64,000 bases of DNA from an uncultured cyanobacterium (GTDB lineage: Bacteria; Cyanobacteriota; Cyanobacteriia; PCC-6307; Cyanobiaceae): contig CAVONQ010000007.1 of NCBI GenBank assembly GCA_963697335.1, positions 162,878 to 226,877 of the forward strand, in the 5' to 3' direction. Below the pieces are notes generated by a model. It saw nothing but the letters and a program-made list of their open reading frames with translations, was not told the DNA's origin and searched no databases. Shown one piece after another: positions 53,459 to 61,568 of the stretch. Each line of letters opens with the position of its first letter. Position 1 is the first letter of the stretch. The translations under genes were made by a program, and so were the position numbers.

Positions 53459-56334
53459 GGCTGTGGGTGCGTCGCCATCGCCGCTGGCTGCTGGGTGGCC
53501 TGCTGCTGGCCCTGAGCGTGCTGCTGCCGGGCGCGGGCCTGCTGCTGGCCCTGGCCCGCCACACCCTGGTGCGCAGCTTCGGGGTGGTGGTGGACCTGAT
53601 CGGCATCGGCCTGGTGCTGTTTCTGGTGGCCGCCCTGCTGGCACCGCTGCAGGCCCTGGGTTGGTGGGCCGGCTGGTTCGGCGACGCCGAGGAGGGCCCC
53701 TCCAACCTGGGACAGCTGGCGGTGCCCGTGGCCGCCGACCGCACCATGCGGCGCTGGGTGGTGTATCTCGACGGCATCGGCCAGGCCTCCCAGCAAGCCC
53801 TGCCGGAGGGGGAGGACTTCCTGCGCCGGCTGGCGGCCGTCCTGCCGGACGACATCGCCATCCTGCGCGGGATCATGCCCTACTCGATCACCAACCAGCC
53901 CCTCACCGAGGGCCGCTGGCTGGCCCGGTTCTGGCGCTGGGTCGACGCCTGGCGGGTGCGCCGTCCCCTCGCCTGGCTGGGCCTGCTGGTGAACCTGCGC
54001 AACCTCACCGTGGTGGCGGTGTCGGCCGATGGCCGCTACGGCCCGCTGTACAACGCCGGCATGGCGGAGCTGATCGTGGGCTCCCTGCTGGCCAACGGCT
54101 ATGCCCCAGGCAGCGGCACGCCAGTGACGCTGCTGGGCTTCAGCGGTGGCGGCCAGATCTCCCTCGGGGCCCTGCCCCATGTGCGCCAGATGCTCGCCGC
54201 GCCGGTGCAGGTGATCTCCCTGGCCGGGGTGTTCGCGGGCAACAACCGGGTGCTGCAGGCGGAGCACCTCTTCCATCTGGTGGGCGCTCGGGACCGGGTG
54301 GCGCCCCTGGGCTCAATCCTGTTTCCGCGTCGCTGGCCCATCTTTCTGTTCTCGCCCTGGAACCGGGCGTTGCAGCGCGGCCGGGTGAGCCTGGTGCCGC
54401 TGGGGCCGGTGGGCCATGAACTGCCAGGCGGGGTAATGGAGGCCCGGCTCACCCTCCCCGATGGACGCACGCCCATGCAGCAGACCGTGGACCTGGTGAG
54501 CGCCATCCTTGCCATCCCAGACGGTGGCCCGTCGGCCCTGGCGGCGGCCGGCGGCAACTACAGCCGCTTCATCACCAACCCCTGGCACCGGCCCGATGGC
54601 CGCCGCGACCTGGCCCCCCTGCCGGATCCGCGCCTGCAGCCGCGGCCCCACTGGATCGGCCGGCTGATCCTGCCGGAGGCGGCTGCGCGCGATGGCTCCG
54701 TGGGCTTCGAGGTGCTGCAGGCGCCGCCCGGCTGGGGCCACTGCCGCGGCCGCATCGCCACCCTGCGCTGGCGTGATCCGGCCATGGCGCAGGTGACCAT
54801 GGACGTGTGCTTCAGCGATGAGGCCCGCGACAGCGCCCGCTCCGGCAACCTGCACCCGCTACGGCTGGATGGCTGGGCCCAGGTGACGCCGCTGGAGTCC
54901 CTGGCTGGGGCCCATCCCGACGACAACATGCTGGTGCGGCTGCCCGAACCGGTGGCCGTGCTGCACGAGGGGACGCCAGGGGCCGAGGGCGAGCGGCTGC
55001 AGCTGGAGGTGAGCGCCGAACCGCTGCAGACCGCCGGCCTGGCCCGGGCCCTGGTGCGGTTCGTGAGGCCCCTGGAGGGCGACGTCTGGGAGGCACTGGT
55101 CTTTGATCCGGCCTGCGGCGCCTTCACGGGGCCACCGCTGCGGCTGCGCCTGCCCCAGCCGGTGGCCAACGCGGAGGGCATCCTGCCCGCCTGCGCCGAC
55201 GGGCTGGCGGAGGGGGAGCTCAACCAGGAGGGCTGGGAGGTGAGCGGAGTGCCGGACGGCAGCGGCGCATTCGTGGTGCAGGCGCTGCTGCCGCGGCGGC
55301 TGCGGCGGCTGGCTCCCCAGCGGCTGATCCCCCAGCGCCGCGCCGCCTGGCGCTACCTGCGCCACCAGGCCTGGGGCGACACCACCGCCGGCGCCGCCAG
55401 CTCGGTGCTGCTGGCGGGGCGCGGGGCTGAGGCGAGCAATGGGCAGGCCCTGCTGGCCGAGTGGCAGGAGGGCGACCGGCTGCTGGTGCTGCACGTGTTC
55501 GGCGGCATCGGCGGCGAACAACGGGAGCAGGCCCTGCGCAGCGGCCTCTGCACGGGTCACTTCGCCTACGGCTTCGGCAGGGTGCTGCGCAATCCCCTGG
55601 CCGGCGGTGAACTCTCCGTGGCAGTGGACTACTGCCAGGTGTATGCCCACAACCCCGATGGCCTCGTGGCCGGCGCCCAGGACCGCTGGCGCTATCTCGG
55701 CGAGCGCCAGTGGGGCTGGCTGGGCTGTCGGCCCGTGGCCGACATTCTGGTGCGCTTTCCTCCCTTCACCGGCAGCTACAGCCTCGGGCCAGCGGGCGCC
55801 GAGCGACAGCGCTCTCCACTGGAGGCCTTCGGCCGCCAGCTCACGGCGATGATGGCCCGCTACCGCATCGGCGATGGCGGCGGTGGCAGCTTCGTGGGGC
55901 CGGCCCACAACTGCGCCCAGGACTCCAACCTGGCCCTGTTCGCCGCCATCCGCGACCTGGACAGGGAGATCCGCGGCGCTGACTCGCAGCGCCTTCAGGA
56001 TTGGGAGCAGCGCCATCCTCAGCAGGCCGCACGCCTGGACGCCCTGCTGGAGCTGGAGCGCATCCTGCGGGGCCGGCTGCTGCCGGTGCCGCCCCTGCGC
56101 GACGACTGGCAGCGGGGTTCGTTCCGCCTCGGCAGCAGCCTGGACGCCCAGCCGCTGCACGATCTGCTCCAGGGCCTGGGCAGCTGGCGTTCGCTGCTGC
56201 CGCGCCTGGCCTGCGAGTCGGTGCTGAAGGTGTTCCTCGATCAGGGGGCCACGGCCCTGGTGCTGCGGGCCAACCAGGTGGGGGGGCACAACCCGCGCAT
56301 TGCCCCGGTGGCGCCGCTCACGCTGGGGTGCTGA
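53455..56334 (+). CDS. Large membrane-anchored hypothetical protein (959 aa) with an N-terminal alpha/beta-hydrolase-like domain and a C-terminal His/Cys domain
   Basis: True ATG at 53455 (coupled to the upstream stop); YLDGIG, GFSGGG, GHFAYG and NCAQDSN motifs. Confidence 0.7.
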   Translation: MRLWVRRHRRWLLGGLLLALSVLLPGAGLLLALARHTLVRSFGVVVDLIGIGLVLFLVAALLAPLQALGWWAGWFGDAEEGPSNLGQLAVPVAADRTMRRWVVYLDGIGQASQQALPEGEDFLRRLAAVLPDDIAILRGIMPYSITNQPLTEGRWLARFWRWVDAWRVRRPLAWLGLLVNLRNLTVVAVSADGRYGPLYNAGMAELIVGSLLANGYAPGSGTPVTLLGFSGGGQISLGALPHVRQMLAAPVQVISLAGVFAGNNRVLQAEHLFHLVGARDRVAPLGSILFPRRWPIFLFSPWNRALQRGRVSLVPLGPVGHELPGGVMEARLTLPDGRTPMQQTVDLVSAILAIPDGGPSALAAAGGNYSRFITNPWHRPDGRRDLAPLPDPRLQPRPHWIGRLILPEAAARDGSVGFEVLQAPPGWGHCRGRIATLRWRDPAMAQVTMDVCFSDEARDSARSGNLHPLRLDGWAQVTPLESLAGAHPDDNMLVRLPEPVAVLHEGTPGAEGERLQLEVSAEPLQTAGLARALVRFVRPLEGDVWEALVFDPACGAFTGPPLRLRLPQPVANAEGILPACADGLAEGELNQEGWEVSGVPDGSGAFVVQALLPRRLRRLAPQRLIPQRRAAWRYLRHQAWGDTTAGAASSVLLAGRGAEASNGQALLAEWQEGDRLLVLHVFGGIGGEQREQALRSGLCTGHFAYGFGRVLRNPLAGGELSVAVDYCQVYAHNPDGLVAGAQDRWRYLGERQWGWLGCRPVADILVRFPPFTGSYSLGPAGAERQRSPLEAFGRQLTAMMARYRIGDGGGGSFVGPAHNCAQDSNLALFAAIRDLDREIRGADSQRLQDWEQRHPQQAARLDALLELERILRGRLLPVPPLRDDWQRGSFRLGSSLDAQPLHDLLQGLGSWRSLLPRLACESVLKVFLDQGATALVLRANQVGGHNPRIAPVAPLTLGC

Positions 56335-56685
56335 GGGCCGATCGAGGAGCAACGTCTCGCGTCAGCGCGAAGGAATTGGCGTTCCATCGACTGCCGCTGT
56401 CGGCAACTGATCGCCCCACTCCCTGCACCATGACATCAATCCATCCATCTCACTGCCACCGAGAGCAAAAGACTAAGAAATTTGAAAGCGCGCAAGGCAA
56501 CGGCGACAACGCACTAACCTGACAAGAGGCTGCCTCATTTTGCTGGAAATGACGTGGGCAACCTTGACCGATCAAGACTCCTGAGGTCATCGCCTTAGCC
56601 ATCAGCAAGGTATGCCGAGGTGTCATTCAAGCGGCGGTCTGTACCCAGCTGCGAACAGCTCACCTTGTCACTACGAGATCAACCC

Positions 56686-58254
56686 ATGGCCACGAAGAAG
56701 CCCAACATCATCCTGCTGGTGACCGATGACACGGGCTATGGCGATCTCGGCCCCTATGGCGGCGGCGAAGGGCGGGGCATGCCAACGCCTCATTTTGATC
56801 GGTTGGCCGCAGAAGGCATGACCTTCTTCTCCTTCTATGCCCAACCGAGTTGCACCCCGGGCCGGGCGGCCATGCAGACGGGCCGCATCCCCAACCGCAG
56901 CGGCATGACCACCGTGGCCTTCCAGGGACAGGGCGGTGGCTTGCCCGCGGCGGAGTGGACCCTGGCTTCGGTGCTGAAACAGGGGGACTACCGCACCTTT
57001 TTCACCGGGAAATGGCACCTGGGTGAGTCGGATTACGCCCTGCCCAATGCCCAGGGCTATGACGAGATGAAGTATGTGGGCCTCTATCACCTGAATGCCT
57101 ACACCTATGCCGATCCCACCTGGTTCCCGGACATGGCTCCAGAGCTGAGGGCCAAATTCCAGAGCGTGACCAAGGGGTCCCTTTCAGGCAAGGCCGGTGA
57201 GGCGGCGAAGGAGGATTTCAAGATCAATGGGCAATACGTTGACAAGCCAGATGAAGGCGTGGTGGGGATTCCCTTCTTCGATGGCTATGTCGAGAAAGCA
57301 GCGATCGAATTTCTAGAAGATGCTGCCAAGGAAGAGCAGCCATTCTTCCTGAATGTCAACTTCATGAAGGTGCACCAGCCCAACCTGCCCCATCCCGACT
57401 TCATTCACAGCTCGCCGTCAAAAAGCAAGTATGCGGATTCGATTGTGGAGCTGGATGCCCGGATCGGAGCGATCATGAACAAGGTGCGGGAGCTGGGCCT
57501 GGAAGAGGACACATTGGTGTTCTGGACAACCGATAACGGCGCCTGGCAGGACGTCTATCCCGATGCGGGCTACACGCCATTTCGCGGCACAAAAGGCACC
57601 GTCCGCGAAGGAGGCAACCGCGTACCCGCCATTGCCTGGTGGCCAGGCAAGATCAAGGCAGGCACGAAGAACCACGACATTCTGGGCGGCCTTGATCTGA
57701 TGGCCACCTTTGCTGCCCTGGCCGAAGTCTCCCTGCCTGCGAATGATCGCGAGGGGCAACCAACCATCTTTGACAGCTACGACATGTCGCCAGTGCTGTT
57801 CGACACCGGCAAGTGTGAGCGGGATTCATGGTTCTACTTCACTGAAAACGAGCTCACACCAGGGGCCGTTCGCCTGAACAACTACAAGGCCGTGTTCAAC
57901 CTGCGGGGTGACGATGGCGCCACCACAGGAGGCCTGGCCGTGGACTCCAACCTGGGCTGGAAAGGTGGTGAGAGCTACGTCGCCGTGGTGCCCCAGCTCT
58001 TTGACCTCTGGCAAGACCCGCAGGAGCGCTACGACATCTTCATGAATAACTACACAGAACGCACCTGGGTGCTGGTGACTATCGGCGACGTAACCAAAGA
58101 GCTGATGAAAACCTATGTGCAGTATCCACCCCGCAAGATGCAGGGCGAGGGCTACTCAGGCCCCGTCACGCTCACCCAGTACGAACGCTTCCAGCACGTC
58201 CGGGACTCCCTTGCTGCTGAGGGCATCAAGATCACCCTACCCACAGGGAACTAG
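56686..58254 (+). CDS. Arylsulfatase (Cys-type formylglycine sulfatase)
   Basis: KPNIILLVTDD, SCTPGRAA (CxPxR), GKWHLG, TDNG and REGGNRVP motifs. Confidence 0.92.
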   Translation: MATKKPNIILLVTDDTGYGDLGPYGGGEGRGMPTPHFDRLAAEGMTFFSFYAQPSCTPGRAAMQTGRIPNRSGMTTVAFQGQGGGLPAAEWTLASVLKQGDYRTFFTGKWHLGESDYALPNAQGYDEMKYVGLYHLNAYTYADPTWFPDMAPELRAKFQSVTKGSLSGKAGEAAKEDFKINGQYVDKPDEGVVGIPFFDGYVEKAAIEFLEDAAKEEQPFFLNVNFMKVHQPNLPHPDFIHSSPSKSKYADSIVELDARIGAIMNKVRELGLEEDTLVFWTTDNGAWQDVYPDAGYTPFRGTKGTVREGGNRVPAIAWWPGKIKAGTKNHDILGGLDLMATFAALAEVSLPANDREGQPTIFDSYDMSPVLFDTGKCERDSWFYFTENELTPGAVRLNNYKAVFNLRGDDGATTGGLAVDSNLGWKGGESYVAVVPQLFDLWQDPQERYDIFMNNYTERTWVLVTIGDVTKELMKTYVQYPPRKMQGEGYSGPVTLTQYERFQHVRDSLAAEGIKITLPTGN

Positions 58255-58459
58255 AGCGGGATAGGAGGCATTTCTGGTGTGAATTCAAGGAACGCTGTAA
58301 CAGATTGGCTGGCTCATGCCCCGTCAGGCCCCAGCAGGGCCACCAGCCTTCTGTAACCAATTTAAGTTTTCGAGGCTTCGCCCAAAAGGCCTGTCAAGGC
58401 AGGTGCCTGACGCAGTTGCCAGCACATGGAGGTGTGCTTAGGCTGCTTTGACCATGAAA

Positions 58460-58498
58460 TAATCAGGTGTTACCGGACCCGGATAATCAGCGTTGCTT
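58460..58498 (+). mobile_element. Candidate integron attI-like primary site (crossover G|TT at 58492)
   Basis: Direct repeat ataatcag..GTT occurs twice (ataatcaggtgtt, ataatcagcgtt); the second GTT begins GTTGCTTA, the complement of the downstream attC R'' box. Confidence 0.4.
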
Positions 58499-58627
58499 AG
58501 ACCGTGTTTTTACGGTTGTTGTGGGTCTCTAGAATACCTGCACGGCTAAGCAACAGCAAGCTCGAGCCGACACCGCCTGCTAGCCGAACGCCGTTCGTCA
58601 AGAACGGCGGTGCGGCTCAGCTAATCG
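58493..58627 (+). mobile_element. Gene-less integron cassette (~135 bp) with a putative promoter
   Basis: 5' end (G)TTGCTTAG-ACCGTG pairs with 3' CACGG-CTAAGCAAC; internal TTTTTA-17 nt-TAGAAT. Confidence 0.65.
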
Positions 58628-58633
58628 TTAGGC
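58548..58633 (+). mobile_element. Integron attC recombination site (86 bp)
   Basis: AAC-5 nt-gctCgagccgAcaccgcc ... ggcggtgcggctcagc-5 nt-GTTAGGC. The arms pair perfectly except C58563 and A58570, which are the G and T extrahelical bases on the bottom strand. Confidence 0.85.
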
Positions 58634-58657
58634 CCATCAAAAAAGAGGAGAAACACA

Positions 58658-61564
58658 ATGGCTGAAACATCTATCAAAAACGATGTCTTCAAGTTTGTCG
58701 CTTTGCGTCCACCTACTAAACGAAAGATCCAACCTCTATCACCGGGTCGCATCGTAGATACGCGACAGGTGAATGACACTCCTGTCGGCAGGATCATTCG
58801 GAAACTGGGAAGCAATGCCAATATGGACCGGGTACTACCCCAGGTAAAGCGACTTATCAACGAGAAGAACTGGTCCTCGGAGATTATCAGGGACCAGGAT
58901 GTAGCAACTATCGCGGCAACGTACCGAGCCATCGACGAGCAACTGCAGAACTTTTCTACTGAAGGCTTCGTCAAGTCGATTGAAGAGGCACTTGGTTCAT
59001 CCCCAAAAGACTTTATTCAAAGCGAGTCGGCAAATTATATTCGCGAGGGCTTGTGGGACCGATTACATGCCTTCTACCTATTAAATCGTGAGACTCCGGT
59101 TAACCTTGAAGAAATCATCGGCGGACTGCGCGCTTTCCACATTGTTGAATCGTTGGCAAACGGCGAGCAATTTAGTTCAGCGGATGACCTTAGAGAGGCT
59201 TTGAATGCCGTAGTACTGCTACCTAATTCACTCGTGCGCATCGCACCTGTCACGTCCACAGAGCGTCCACGCGTTCGCGAACAGCAGGAACGCGATAAGG
59301 CTAAACGTGAACATTTTGTTAGCCTTTGGGTCAGATACATCGAATTGAATAAAGCGGTTGATGACGTTCAACGACTAAATCCGAAAATTGAGGTGATAAA
59401 AGAAACACCGAAACCTGTATTGTACAAACAGGAAATTGACATACCTCAGACAGCAACAAATGCGACAACGGATCGTGCATTGTTATCTGTCTCGATGCAG
59501 CGCTTCCCGAAGTTCGAAAAAGCCGATATCAATGCATTGAGTCCCGCAGCTCATGCCGCAATTACACTTATTAATAAGGAGCCTGAGTTTAAAGATAAAT
59601 TCGAAGCGTTAAACAAACTGCACGATGAATTATCCAGTGTGACTGTGCAACTTCTATCTATTAAAGATCCGACACTTACGGAAATGATGCCTGATGAAGC
59701 AAGGCAACTACCTGCTTCCCTGACTATAATGGCAAGAAATGAATATTTATCTAGCCTGGGATTTTCCGAATTACCATCGCCATTCCCGTATCCTTGGAAA
59801 ATTAATTCACGGATTCGGCCGCTTGGTATTGGGGATCTCAAGGTTGTAAAACAAATCTTGCAGCAGTATGTTGCCGGCGAAGTCGCACACATCGAAAACG
59901 TGCTTCAGGGCGAGTCAAAAGAGCGCAAACACCGTATATTGGATCGAAACGAGGAGATTGTTACTGCCGAGTTGGAGACCTCCGAGGACACCGAACGCGA
60001 CACGCAGACGACTGACCGTTTTGAGTTAAAAAAAGAATCAGAAAAAACAATTCAAACTGATATGAGTGTATCTGCCGGTGTTACGGTCAGTGCATCCTAT
60101 GGCCCCGTCCAACTCGGTGCAAATGCCAACTTTGCCTACAGTCAATCTCAGACAGATACAACACGGACTTCGTCAAACTACGCTCGTGACGTTGTAGACC
60201 GTTCAGTGACAAGAATTCAGAAAAAAACGCGCGAAGAACGAGTAACCAAAGCCCTCCACGAGGTTGAGGAAATTAATACCCATGGTTTGAACAATGCGGA
60301 AGGAACAGGAAATATTACAGGAGTATATCGCTGGGTGGATAAATATTACGAGGCACAGATTTACAACTATGGAAAACGCATGATGTTCGAATTTATCGTG
60401 CCCGAACCAGCCGCATTCTATATTTATTCTCAAAACAACAATCCAGCCAAAGCCATTAATCTGGAAAAACCGAAACCTCTTGGTAACATCACACACAAAG
60501 ATATTACAGAATCGAACTATCATATCTTTATCCGTGATTACAATGTGCAAGGAGTAACTCCGCCACCTCCGGAATATCATAGACTCGGGATCGCATTTGA
60601 TCAGTCAGGCATGCAGCCAGACCAAGACACAACAAAATCGAGTCACGACCTCGTCGTTCCCGATGGATATGCTGCGGTAGACTGGTTCGGTCAGGGAAAC
60701 TACAGGTATTGGACAGGGCATGAGGCAGACATGAATTTGTGGATAGGAATAAAGGGGGGACATTTGGGAACATACCTTGACCCAGCACCGCTAAGTGGTG
60801 AGGACATGGTCGTTCCCGTAGCAATAGTAGCTGGTCAAATATCATCATACGCCTACACAGTTGAAATACATTGTGAACGGACTAGGCGTCATTACAAACA
60901 ATGGCAGATCGATACGTTTGAGAAAATTATGGCTGCGTATAAAGCAGCTATGGCTGAATACGAGGATAGACTGCGCGCCGCTGAAGCGCGGGTTGGTATC
61001 GCTATCACCGGCCAAAATCCAACCATCAATCGAGAAATCGAACGTACAGAGATGAAGAAAAGCTGTCTTACGCTACTAACCGGAGAGCGTTACGAAAACT
61101 TCAACTCCATGAGTGGAGAACCACCCGAAATCGATCTTGTGGATGCGGCAGAGGAAGGCAGATTTATTCAGTTTTTTGAACAAGCCTTCGAGTGGGAACA
61201 AATAACCTATCTATTCTACCCGTATTTCTGGGGTCGTAAGGATAAATGGGTAACGAATTCGACGACCTTCGACAATGATCCGTTATTTACAAAGTTTCTG
61301 CAGGCCGGTGCCGCGCGCATCGTTGTACCGGTCCAGCCCGCCTATAACGATGCGATCCTCTATTATTTGCAGACCGGGGATTTATGGAATGGAGGAGATC
61401 CGCCTGTTATCGATGATCCTCTTTATATCGCGTTGTACGAAGAGTTAAAGGATCAACAGGACGATCTTGGCAATGCGACACCGGAAGGCGATCCATGGAA
61501 AGTAGTCTTGCCAACGACTTTGGTTTGGTTGCAGCAAGGGCCTGAACTTCCAGTCTTCATATAA
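58658..61564 (+). CDS. Uncharacterised 968-aa low-GC cassette protein, possibly pore-forming/toxin-like
   Basis: Intact ORF with a strong RBS (AAGAGGAG) right after attC; Ser/Thr-rich alternating segment MSVSAGVTVSASYGPVQLGANANFAYSQSQT. Confidence 0.8.
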   Translation: MAETSIKNDVFKFVALRPPTKRKIQPLSPGRIVDTRQVNDTPVGRIIRKLGSNANMDRVLPQVKRLINEKNWSSEIIRDQDVATIAATYRAIDEQLQNFSTEGFVKSIEEALGSSPKDFIQSESANYIREGLWDRLHAFYLLNRETPVNLEEIIGGLRAFHIVESLANGEQFSSADDLREALNAVVLLPNSLVRIAPVTSTERPRVREQQERDKAKREHFVSLWVRYIELNKAVDDVQRLNPKIEVIKETPKPVLYKQEIDIPQTATNATTDRALLSVSMQRFPKFEKADINALSPAAHAAITLINKEPEFKDKFEALNKLHDELSSVTVQLLSIKDPTLTEMMPDEARQLPASLTIMARNEYLSSLGFSELPSPFPYPWKINSRIRPLGIGDLKVVKQILQQYVAGEVAHIENVLQGESKERKHRILDRNEEIVTAELETSEDTERDTQTTDRFELKKESEKTIQTDMSVSAGVTVSASYGPVQLGANANFAYSQSQTDTTRTSSNYARDVVDRSVTRIQKKTREERVTKALHEVEEINTHGLNNAEGTGNITGVYRWVDKYYEAQIYNYGKRMMFEFIVPEPAAFYIYSQNNNPAKAINLEKPKPLGNITHKDITESNYHIFIRDYNVQGVTPPPPEYHRLGIAFDQSGMQPDQDTTKSSHDLVVPDGYAAVDWFGQGNYRYWTGHEADMNLWIGIKGGHLGTYLDPAPLSGEDMVVPVAIVAGQISSYAYTVEIHCERTRRHYKQWQIDTFEKIMAAYKAAMAEYEDRLRAAEARVGIAITGQNPTINREIERTEMKKSCLTLLTGERYENFNSMSGEPPEIDLVDAAEEGRFIQFFEQAFEWEQITYLFYPYFWGRKDKWVTNSTTFDNDPLFTKFLQAGAARIVVPVQPAYNDAILYYLQTGDLWNGGDPPVIDDPLYIALYEELKDQQDDLGNATPEGDPWKVVLPTTLVWLQQGPELPVFI

Positions 61565-61568
61565 AGGG

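Noticed and set aside
50653..58254. GrrM as an anaerobic sulfatase-maturating enzyme for the nearby arylsulfatase
   Set aside because: Both enzyme types are radical SAM/SPASM proteins, but this one is tightly coupled to a Gly-rich FxN precursor and grrP and lies ~5 kb from the sulfatase; a RiPP maturase fits much better.
58255..58460. Integron integrase gene or remnant upstream of the candidate attI
   Set aside because: No ORF or tyrosine-recombinase motif is recognisable on either strand; only a short ctgtaac direct repeat of unclear meaning.
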